From an uncultured virus (IMG/VR IMGVR_UViG_3300025120_000038) (lineage: Duplodnaviria > Heunggongvirae > Uroviricota > Caudoviricetes), in IMG/VR virus record IMGVR_UViG_3300025120_000038: a stretch of 20,000 nucleotides of DNA; one strand, written 5' to 3'. A model generated the notes under the pieces. The model was not told where the DNA came from, did no database searches, and was given only the letters and a program-made list of their open reading frames with translations. Below are positions 7,678 through 15,091 of the stretch, in pieces (the first letter of the stretch is position 1; every line of letters begins with the position of its first letter). The position numbers and the translations under genes were made by a program.

Positions 7678-9000
7678 TTATTTATTCCATTTAATGCGCA
7701 ACTTGTCGGAAGAATTCCCAGATACTACTCTAATCGTATCACCTGAATTTGTAGTTACAGATGAACCATCAGCTCTTGGATCCATATTAATATTTTTAGC
7801 TTTCTTTGCGGATTGTTTTATAGCGTCGGCACGGCCTTGCTCATAAAAGTGATTCGCAATTTTATCTGCATTCTGTGCAGTAAATAAAGCTTTATGATAT
7901 TTATTTAAATCTGTTAAGTTACCTTTGTTATCAGAGTATTGATTTAAAAAATTATTAATATCTGATTGAAACTCTTTTGTTTTTTTAGGATTTTCTATTT
8001 TAAATCTATATTTGTTTTCTCCAACCTTAAAATCAAAACCTTTGAAATCATTGTTAAAAACATCGTTAGTTTTATTTAAAAAATTTTCCTTTAATTTAGT
8101 TTCTTCTTTCGATAATTGCTGTTGATTATTATAATACTCTAAAGCTTTTGCGTATTTTGGATCAATATCTTTTTCTTTTCTTAACTTAAGATCAGTATAA
8201 TATTGGTCTTTTACTTTTTTAAAAGTTTTTTGAGCATTAAATAATTCTTCTTTAAAAGCTAATTGCTTAGCTTTAATATCGGACGGATCGTCCAATTCTT
8301 TATCGTAAGCAAAGTTTTTATCCATTAAAAAAGTAATATCTTCTTTGTCTAGATGAGGTTTAGTAAATTCATAATATTCTTTTAATAAAGTAATATTATC
8401 AATTTTGTCTAAGTCTCTATTAAGTTTTGCATAGTCTTCTACAGTTCCCCCTGTGTCTTCTATAAACTTAATTAATTTACCTACGTCTTCAGGTAGCTCT
8501 TGTGTTTTTGCTTCCTGTAATATTTTTTCAGGTTCCGGTGCGGGCTCGGCACTTTTAGTGCTTGGTTCCACTCCCACCTTGTTAGTTGTATCTTCTTCAT
8601 CATTTACTAATTCTAAAGGAGATTCAGTGGTTTCTTTATTTTCTTCTAAAGTTATTTCTTGCTTAACTTCTTCAGCGTTTTCGGGGGTTTCCCGTACTTC
8701 TGATCCCACGCTTGACAATCCCACTTCGGATCGTTCATCGCGTAACACTTCCTCCTTTGTTTCTGGCTCTTGAACGGCATCTGTTTTTTCTTGTTTAAGT
8801 TCTTCTGTTTTTTGTTCTTTAACAGGGGGTTTGTCTAAATTAACTTTATAGACTCCATCTTCTTGGAGTCCATACTCTTTAGCAACCTCGCCTTTTTCAA
8901 CTGCCTGTTCTAAAACTGCAGCTTCTTTTTCTTGAGGTGATTTAGGAGTTTCAGTATCAACTGATCTTACTTCCACTTTTTCTTCAACTTGGTTTTCCAT
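7678..9000 (-). CDS. Putative capsid scaffolding protein (acidic, disordered N-terminal half)
   Basis: 440 aa located between portal and MCP. E/K-rich N-terminus; conserved-looking F.EDTGGTVEDY.KLN, FKGFDFKVGE and IANHFYEQGRADAIK...KNINM motifs. Confidence 0.75.
   Translation of the reverse strand: MENQVEEKVEVRSVDTETPKSPQEKEAAVLEQAVEKGEVAKEYGLQEDGVYKVNLDKPPVKEQKTEELKQEKTDAVQEPETKEEVLRDERSEVGLSSVGSEVRETPENAEEVKQEITLEENKETTESPLELVNDEEDTTNKVGVEPSTKSAEPAPEPEKILQEAKTQELPEDVGKLIKFIEDTGGTVEDYAKLNRDLDKIDNITLLKEYYEFTKPHLDKEDITFLMDKNFAYDKELDDPSDIKAKQLAFKEELFNAQKTFKKVKDQYYTDLKLRKEKDIDPKYAKALEYYNNQQQLSKEETKLKENFLNKTNDVFNNDFKGFDFKVGENKYRFKIENPKKTKEFQSDINNFLNQYSDNKGNLTDLNKYHKALFTAQNADKIANHFYEQGRADAIKQSAKKAKNINMDPRADGSSVTTNSGDTIRVVSGNSSDKLRIKWNK
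8481..8603 (-). CDS. Candidate nested gene (+1 frame in scaffold): 40-aa basic ArfA-like peptide MMKKIQLTRWEWNQALKVPSPHRNLKKYYRKQKHKSYLKT
   Basis: Hand translation from ATG 8603 to TAG 8481. Coincides with a local GC island (31/60 G+C at 8521-8580). Ends in an RNxKKYxRKxKHK motif recalled from small phage/bacterial ArfA-like peptides. Confidence 0.6.
   Translation of the reverse strand: MMKKIQLTRWEWNQALKVPSPHRNLKKYYRKQKHKSYLKT
8652..8780 (-). CDS. Candidate nested gene (+1 frame in scaffold): 42-aa peptide MPFKSQKQRRKCYAMNDPKWDCQAWDQKYGKPPKTLKKLSKK
   Basis: Hand translation from ATG 8780 to TAA 8652. A-rich leader ACTTAAACAAGAAAAAACAG; GC island (30/60 at 8701-8760). N-terminus resembles the widespread MPFKSxxQRR small phage protein family (recall). 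Confidence 0.65.
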   Translation of the reverse strand: MPFKSQKQRRKCYAMNDPKWDCQAWDQKYGKPPKTLKKLSKK

Positions 9001-9031
9001 AATTTTATATAATATAATAGTTGTTTAATAT

Positions 9032-11476
9032 TTATGATGATTCGAATCTGCCCATGTCAAATCCACCTAAAGTATCATTACCTTTAGATTCAAAATCTTT
9101 TACAGGTTTATCTGTATTAGGTGCTCCACTTATTTTCCCTGAAGGTACTTTAGTTTCTTCCCTGATTTCTTCTCGCTGGAGCATTGATGCGTTATTAGTT
9201 TGTGCTAACTCCATTCTAGATTTTAACTCTAGTTCTTTTAATTGTACATTTAAATTAAATTCGTATTGCATGAGCTCTTTTTTAGCTCTAGTTTCTAATT
9301 CCATCTTCTTTATTTCCATTTCATTTTCCGCTGTGGATAATTGAATTTTAGAAGTTGTTTTTATTTGTTCAGCATCAGCTTTTGCAGATTCCATTGCAAT
9401 TTGTGCTTCTCCTTGTGCCTTAGCTTGGGCTGCACTTGCTGCCTGTGCCTGCGCTTGATCTGATTGTTGTTTAGCTAATCTTCTAAATTTAAGTAATTGA
9501 TTAGCTAGTTTTATATTTTTAACTTCTCTAATATCAATCGCATCTTCTAAAAATATATTTTCTTTTGATAAAGCCATTTGTATATTACTTTCTAATATAG
9601 CTTTTTCATCTGCATCAGGTTCAAGTTCTAAAAATATACCAAAATCATGCAAATTAAGATTTTTAACTTCCTCTAATGACCCTACTGAAAATTGTCCTAG
9701 TGCATCTATCAGAGCTTCTTTAGTTGGATGAAATTCTAACACATCTTTAAACCTTAAAGAAATAGCTTCAGCTAAACTAGTAGTAATAAACATACTACTA
9801 TATAATATATGTCTTGTAGCAACATTACTATTTGCAGCTGCTAATTTTTGCACACCCACTAATGAATTTGGATCAGGATCAGAACCATCTCTAGCTTCAT
9901 TTAGTCCAGTTACATCTCTAATCATTTGAATATATTGATTGTATGCACCAACTAATACTTGTATTTGTTGACCACCACTTCCTGGTAATTCAGTAATTGG
10001 GACTTTACCTGGATTAGGATCTCCTTCTACATTTAGCGATCTACCTATAATAGATCCCGTCTGGAAGTACATATTTAATGCTTCTTGAGGGTTATAATTA
10101 TTTCCGTTACCTAAATCTATTTCAGCTAAGCCATCAGCATCTAAATAAACACCTGAGGGTGTCATTCTTTGTATAGCTTGTTGTAATTTTAAATGTGTTA
10201 ATTGAATTAGATCTGCATAAGGAGTCATTTTAGCAACAAGAGAATTAATACTCCCTTTATATATTCTTGGAGCGCTTGCAATATAATTCATCATTACTTT
10301 ATTTATATTTGCGCTAGGCCTAACCATGTTATCAGCTTTTTTCCACTTTAATAATTCCTGTGTACCTAAAACTAATACTCCCTCATATACAACTTCTCTC
10401 GTTTGTTTTACTTTTTCAAATCTTGTATTTTCATCTACAGGTGGATCAAAAGTGTCGTCTTTTTCAATTGCTTTTTTAGCACCTGTTGATACTTCTTTTA
10501 TTTTATATACGTCATGTTCCCATGTTTTCCAATTAAAATATAACAACGTAACCGTATTGTTTTGGGATAATGAATCATTTAAATAATAATCTTGAGGATT
10601 ATAAGTATTATATACATTCCAATTAGAACCTTTTTTAGTCATAGATTCTATTTGTTCATTTGTTAAATTAGGGAATTCTTTTTTTAACTCGTTAATATTT
10701 ATATTTTTAACTTCTCCAAAATAATAACAATCTGTAAAATTAGGGTCTTCTGTATAGGACCATACTAAGTTAGCAGGATCAACATATTCTACGGTTACAC
10801 CATCAGTATTATTAAACCCATGCTTAGCACACCCAATACCAATTGTAGCTAAGTCGTAATCAATACGCTTTTTAGCGTCGTCGTATTTATTACATTTAAA
10901 AATATTTTCAATTGCTTGTTCTTCCGCTTGTTCTATACCTTGCTTGTAATTAAGTTGCATATATAATTCAAGCTCTTCTGTGTTTGCTGGCAAATCATTA
11001 ACAGCAAAATTTCTAGCTGAAACTCCTAACTTTTTTTCAATATTTAAAAGCAAATCTGCTGTGTTTAAATCTTGCTGAACATCATTAACAAACTTAGTTC
11101 TTTTACCTGTTGATATGTTATCTTGACCAACAGCTTTTATTGTAAAAGTTCTATCTTGCATTCCGTTTACTACAATATCAATAAATTTTGGTATTATAGG
11201 TACAGGTTTCCAGTCTAAATTTAAATAAGATAAATCACCATTAATTGCAAATTCATCTTTATATTTACGAATAGATTGTTCTCCCCTTGCATATAATCTT
11301 AATCGGTGACATTCTTGACGAGAATTATAAAACTTTCCGACACCATTATTGTCTTTGTTAAACCACTCTTGCTCAATTGCTTTAGCTACAGATAATCCAT
11401 ATTCTACTGTGATTTTAATGGAATCTGAAACTGCCTGTGTAGGAAAGGCGTAACTTTGCATTTTATTTTTTGCCAT
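9032..11476 (-). CDS. Portal protein (crAss-like)
   Basis: 814 aa directly downstream of terL. Motifs LRLYARGEQSIRKYKDE..INGDLSYLNLDWKPVPIIPKFIDIVVNG, QLTHLKLQQ, MIRDVTGLNEARDG, LVGVQKLAAANSN; coiled-coil C-terminal barrel. Confidence 0.92.
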   Translation of the reverse strand: MAKNKMQSYAFPTQAVSDSIKITVEYGLSVAKAIEQEWFNKDNNGVGKFYNSRQECHRLRLYARGEQSIRKYKDEFAINGDLSYLNLDWKPVPIIPKFIDIVVNGMQDRTFTIKAVGQDNISTGKRTKFVNDVQQDLNTADLLLNIEKKLGVSARNFAVNDLPANTEELELYMQLNYKQGIEQAEEQAIENIFKCNKYDDAKKRIDYDLATIGIGCAKHGFNNTDGVTVEYVDPANLVWSYTEDPNFTDCYYFGEVKNININELKKEFPNLTNEQIESMTKKGSNWNVYNTYNPQDYYLNDSLSQNNTVTLLYFNWKTWEHDVYKIKEVSTGAKKAIEKDDTFDPPVDENTRFEKVKQTREVVYEGVLVLGTQELLKWKKADNMVRPSANINKVMMNYIASAPRIYKGSINSLVAKMTPYADLIQLTHLKLQQAIQRMTPSGVYLDADGLAEIDLGNGNNYNPQEALNMYFQTGSIIGRSLNVEGDPNPGKVPITELPGSGGQQIQVLVGAYNQYIQMIRDVTGLNEARDGSDPDPNSLVGVQKLAAANSNVATRHILYSSMFITTSLAEAISLRFKDVLEFHPTKEALIDALGQFSVGSLEEVKNLNLHDFGIFLELEPDADEKAILESNIQMALSKENIFLEDAIDIREVKNIKLANQLLKFRRLAKQQSDQAQAQAASAAQAKAQGEAQIAMESAKADAEQIKTTSKIQLSTAENEMEIKKMELETRAKKELMQYEFNLNVQLKELELKSRMELAQTNNASMLQREEIREETKVPSGKISGAPNTDKPVKDFESKGNDTLGGFDMGRFESS

Positions 11477-11478
11477 AT

Positions 11479-13713
11479 TTATTTTATTATCTCACTTCTT
11501 GATCCTTCGTTTCTATATTTTGATAGTTGAAAAGGAACTTTTGTAACTGTTTTTTCCGCTCTAGGACGGTATAAATGTTTTCGACAAGCCATTATAGCTA
11601 GGCCGCTGCTTATTGAAGCATCATGGGCTGTTCTACGAGATATATCAAAACGTGCCCAATCTTCAAGGGTTCTTTGGAAAAACATGTTTCCATTGTTTTC
11701 ACCAATTTTACCCACATATTCTTCAATATAAGATTCAATAGCAGAGGCATGGGCTTGCTTAATGTCTTCTGAAGAGTTAGGTATACCTCCTAATTCTAAT
11801 TCTGTTTTAGATAAGTTACCAACTAATTTATCAGGTCTATTCATAGAATAACCTCTATACCCTCTTCTTTTAAAATGATATAGTAATCTTGGTTTGTTAT
11901 TTTCCGCTAATAAAGGCATTCCATAAAATATACAAGCCATTAATACATCTTCAAAAAATATTTCAGCTGTTTGTGGCCTTGCTATATATTCTAAAAAAAA
12001 CTTACTATTTGGTACATCACTAACCATTGAAAATGTAGTTAACCCGTGTAAAGAACCATTTGATCCTCTACCACCTACTGTACCTGATATATCGTAAGGA
12101 TCACAGCCAAATGCACCCAACCCGTTATTAGCCGGATATTTTAATGTGTTTTTTATAACAATACTATTTTGCATAAGTGTTGGAGGAATCCACGATATTC
12201 TAAATCTACCATTAGCATTAGGTGTCCATATAACTTTTGTATCTTTAATGCCGTTTGCCCATCCAAAAGAGCCTTTTGATATATGCCCTTTCATTACCAT
12301 TTCTTCATTAAAATCTATTTGCTCATAAATTTTAGTTAAGTTAAATAATGAATTTAAAGTTTCATCTCTGAAAGCGTGTTTTTCAGATCTTGGAAATTGT
12401 CTATAATATTCATTTAAAGCATCAGAATCTTTTTTTAATCCTTCAACTTCATTTTCCCAGTGTTCAATGACCCCCGTATAGATGAGTTCACCATCAATTC
12501 CCTCAGCCGGTTTTGGTGGTGTATCGAATACAGGGTACCCATACTTATCGATAAATCCTTCGAAGCCCCATTCCATAGGAAGGAACAAAGCATATAATCC
12601 ACTTGTAGTCTGGCCATTGCGATTTCTATTTTCGACATTTGAATTATTATATAATTTTTTAAAGTTATCTCCTCCTTTTGCTAATGCATTAGAAGTAGAT
12701 CCCATCATACATTTGCCTACTATTTTTGAACCGAGCCTGAGACACGTTTTTGTGACCCTCCAGTTGTTGAGGATGTTGTCGGGCCTTTCCCATTTGCCCG
12801 ATTCATCATGGACGAGGAGTTGTAACTTTTCCCCATCATATGAATTGTCCCCGGTATTCTTCCAGTCGATTGTTGTATCGAGCCCCTTTGCCATTCCTTC
12901 ATCTTCCGTTTGTGTTTCTCGAATGGAATTTCTGGTAAGTCTTCTTGAGGGTATCTTATAGGAGAGCTCGGTTTTGGGGCGCTCCATACCGTCTTGAATT
13001 GGCTTGAAGAAGAATGGGTAGTTGATGGAGATTGGTACCACCTTGTCTGTAAACATCTTCTTCGCATCTGCTCCAGTCTTTGATAATATCCCAAACCTAG
13101 AGTCTTTTGAAGTTGTAGCCTGGTTGACGCACTCGGATGATGCCATAAAACTAAATCCAGACCTCCTGTTTTTAAGGTAGCACATTCCATAAGACCTGGA
13201 ATCTGCCTTGCAAGCCTCCCAGAAGTAGTAAAATATTCTATTTGCTTGTCTAAAGTCGGGTGACCCCACGTCGATCTTAGTCCAGTTGAGGTATATATAG
13301 TGTGATCCTGTAATGTAACACGGGGTACCGTTGCACATGAACCAGTAACCATCATTACGATAATTAAATTCATCGTCAATGTATTGGTAATATTCCTCTT
13401 TATTTTTTTCTGGATGCTTAGTGAAATCATATATGCTTTTTATTTTGTTTAGTGAATTAGGCTTTAATCTTTTTTTAAAATATTGATTTTCTTTTTTAAG
13501 GTCTTGACCTTCAATTATTTGAGGAATTTTAGGTAAACCTACCTTGAGACCTTGAATTTCATATATTTCTCCTAATGTACCATCTTTACTTATAATAACA
13601 CAATCTAATTCTTTATTGTAACCATATTTAAATTTTTTATGCTTATTAAAGTTTTTAACTGATCTATCATTAAGATGCTCATCGTATATATGATATAAAT
13701 TTTGTTTATACAT
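11479..13713 (-). CDS. terL: Terminase large subunit
   Basis: 744 aa. Walker A-like YLKNRRSGFS, Walker B LLVHDESGKW, coupling motif MGSTSN, RNase H-like nuclease motifs GCDPYD, LAENN, HDASISSG. Confidence 0.95.
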   Translation of the reverse strand: MYKQNLYHIYDEHLNDRSVKNFNKHKKFKYGYNKELDCVIISKDGTLGEIYEIQGLKVGLPKIPQIIEGQDLKKENQYFKKRLKPNSLNKIKSIYDFTKHPEKNKEEYYQYIDDEFNYRNDGYWFMCNGTPCYITGSHYIYLNWTKIDVGSPDFRQANRIFYYFWEACKADSRSYGMCYLKNRRSGFSFMASSECVNQATTSKDSRFGILSKTGADAKKMFTDKVVPISINYPFFFKPIQDGMERPKTELSYKIPSRRLTRNSIRETQTEDEGMAKGLDTTIDWKNTGDNSYDGEKLQLLVHDESGKWERPDNILNNWRVTKTCLRLGSKIVGKCMMGSTSNALAKGGDNFKKLYNNSNVENRNRNGQTTSGLYALFLPMEWGFEGFIDKYGYPVFDTPPKPAEGIDGELIYTGVIEHWENEVEGLKKDSDALNEYYRQFPRSEKHAFRDETLNSLFNLTKIYEQIDFNEEMVMKGHISKGSFGWANGIKDTKVIWTPNANGRFRISWIPPTLMQNSIVIKNTLKYPANNGLGAFGCDPYDISGTVGGRGSNGSLHGLTTFSMVSDVPNSKFFLEYIARPQTAEIFFEDVLMACIFYGMPLLAENNKPRLLYHFKRRGYRGYSMNRPDKLVGNLSKTELELGGIPNSSEDIKQAHASAIESYIEEYVGKIGENNGNMFFQRTLEDWARFDISRRTAHDASISSGLAIMACRKHLYRPRAEKTVTKVPFQLSKYRNEGSRSEIIK
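12435..12638 (-). CDS. Candidate nested ORF in +1 frame of terL (67 aa), function unknown
   Basis: ORF track entry in the same +1 frame as 12720..13430. Overlaps a GC island (30/60 at 12481-12540 vs 10/60 at 12301-12360). Confidence 0.3.
   Translation of the reverse strand: MSKIEIAMARLQVDYMLCSFLWNGASKDLSISMGTLYSIHHQNRLRELMVNSSIRGSLNTGKMKLKD
12720..13430 (-). CDS. Candidate nested ORF in +1 frame of terL (236 aa) with possible lipoprotein signal peptide
   Basis: 236 stop-free codons in an AT-rich genome. terL uses CTC/GTC/ATC/GGC-type codons here (29/60 G+C at 12781-12840 vs 10/60 at 13441-13500). N-terminus KKIKR...LTMNLIIVMMVTGS-C, with the Cys codon at 13337-13335. Confidence 0.5.
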   Translation of the reverse strand: MISLSIQKKIKRNITNTLTMNLIIVMMVTGSCATVPRVTLQDHTIYTSTGLRSTWGHPTLDKQIEYFTTSGRLARQIPGLMECATLKTGGLDLVLWHHPSASTRLQLQKTLGLGYYQRLEQMRRRCLQTRWYQSPSTTHSSSSQFKTVWSAPKPSSPIRYPQEDLPEIPFEKHKRKMKEWQRGSIQQSTGRIPGTIHMMGKSYNSSSMMNRANGKGPTTSSTTGGSQKRVSGSVQK

Positions 13714-13958
13714 TATTTTATACGATTTTCAACACCTAGAAAAGTTTTCTTTTCTTTGTTATTATTTTTTTTTTCAGAAAGTTCTTCAATTTTTTCTATT
13801 ATTTTTAAAGAATCTTCTATAGCAACCCATTTTGCTTGTGCTGCCATCTTAGCTTTTTCAGGATCAAGTTCAACTAAATCTATAGTTTGTCTAATTACTT
13901 TGTCTAATTCAACTAATGCTTTTTCAGCTGCTGAAATTACTCTTTTCCTTCGGTCCAT
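13713..13958 (-). CDS. Putative terminase small subunit
   Basis: 81-aa helical protein directly upstream of terL and coupled to it (TAATG at 13713). Assignment by position only. Confidence 0.5.
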   Translation of the reverse strand: MDRRKRVISAAEKALVELDKVIRQTIDLVELDPEKAKMAAQAKWVAIEDSLKIIEKIEELSEKKNNNKEKKTFLGVENRIK

Positions 13959-14511
13959 AGTTGATTGTTATTTGATTTGATAAAATACGATATAATTTTT
14001 GACCTTCAATATTAAATTCATATTCAGAATTAGGCGTAAACCCCACCACATTGCCTTTAGATACTCCTAAACGCGTTAATTCTTCATTTGAGTATATTAG
14101 CTCCCCATAAAGATTTATGTCCGTATAAAGGCTCCATTCATCATTTCTAAATACTGGCTTTACAAAACAATATCCCGGTAATGCTTTCCATTCATTTTCT
14201 TTTTTGTATCCAAATATTTGATCAGATGATACTATAAATTTATTTTCATCTATAAAACCGGCGGAATTTCTTTCATTGTTTCCTTGATCAAGCCATTTTC
14301 TAAATACATTATGATGTACAATAACTTGATCTCCTTCTTTTATAGTGGTTTTTTGGTTAGCTGGTGTTTTAATTACCGTGCCAATACGATTTACATAATG
14401 ATAATCTCTTTCGGTAATTTCTGTATTAACAATTAATTCTTTATTGTTTATATTAATTTTATTGTTATAACGATTTTCAGTAGATATGATATAGTCAAAT
14501 AATGATTGCAT
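13924..14511 (-). CDS. GroES/Cpn10-like co-chaperonin, apparently two tandem GroES-like domains
   Basis: 195 aa. Half 1: SLFDYIIS...IGTVIKTP....IKEGDQVIV. Half 2: ALPGYCFVKP...GELIYSN....GVSKGNVVGF...EYEFNIEGQKLYRILSNQI. Both echo the GroES pattern G.V.....V..GD.V.F....G..Y.I. Confidence 0.6.
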   Translation of the reverse strand: MQSLFDYIISTENRYNNKININNKELIVNTEITERDYHYVNRIGTVIKTPANQKTTIKEGDQVIVHHNVFRKWLDQGNNERNSAGFIDENKFIVSSDQIFGYKKENEWKALPGYCFVKPVFRNDEWSLYTDINLYGELIYSNEELTRLGVSKGNVVGFTPNSEYEFNIEGQKLYRILSNQITINYGPKEKSNFSS

Positions 14512-14733
14512 TTAATAGTCGAGATTGTATTCAATTGAGATAGCCATGTTAGCATTAAAATGCTTCCAGGGTAATATTTCTTTGTTTTTGGTTATAAATA
14601 TTTTATATGTTCCTTTTTCTTCAATTATGTCTGAAATAGTATGCCCCCCATAAACCTCCTGGCCTATTGAGTAATGCATAGCTTCATTTTTATAATCAGT
14701 ACCAATACTGATTTTCCTTATTGCTTTTGCCAT
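14512..14733 (-). CDS. Conserved hypothetical protein of flavobacterial crAss-like phages
   Basis: 73 aa, IRKISIGTDYKNEAMHYSIGQEVYGGH...WKHFNANMAISIEY; abuts the next gene (TAAATG). Confidence 0.75.
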   Translation of the reverse strand: MAKAIRKISIGTDYKNEAMHYSIGQEVYGGHTISDIIEEKGTYKIFITKNKEILPWKHFNANMAISIEYNLDY

Positions 14734-14743
14734 TTAATTTAAT

Positions 14744-15088
14744 TTAGTATGTCCATATTGTTACAGGAGGTGCATCGGGATAACCAACACCCACATGTAC
14801 AAAATTCTTTTTTCTACTTATACCTATTCTTGTAAAACCCACATCTATTGCAGCTTTAACTAATTTATAAGTTGCCTTTCCCCCTGAACAAGCTATATCA
14901 ACTGCGGCTCCATATGCATGTTCCCCTGGTTTAGATTTTTTAGCTTCAATAGGATGATCGGGCGATCTATATGTAGATGTTAATTTAATTGGATAGCCAT
15001 ACGCTTCTCTTAAGTCATCTAACATGCTTAAAAGATTTTCATCCATCATTTCAAAATTATTAAATTCAGATTCAGTAAAGTATTTCAT
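14744..15088 (-). CDS. Endolysin, Zn-dependent peptidase M15A (Peptidase_M15_3-like)
   Basis: 114 aa with LDDLREAYGYPIKLTSTYRS, HAYGAAVDI (H-x6-D) and FVHV (third Zn ligand); adjacent to membrane proteins. Confidence 0.85.
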   Translation of the reverse strand: MKYFTESEFNNFEMMDENLLSMLDDLREAYGYPIKLTSTYRSPDHPIEAKKSKPGEHAYGAAVDIACSGGKATYKLVKAAIDVGFTRIGISRKKNFVHVGVGYPDAPPVTIWTY

Positions 15089-15091
15089 TTT

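Noticed and set aside
12482..12961. 159-aa plus-strand ORF opposite terL
   Set aside because: In-register antisense shadow of terL, favoured by the local GC rise; nothing else is convincingly encoded on the + strand.
14030..14135. Mild GC-rich patch in the GroES-like gene (possible nested ORF or pac site)
   Set aside because: The +1 frame gives only a 9-aa ORF and I see no clear repeat structure.
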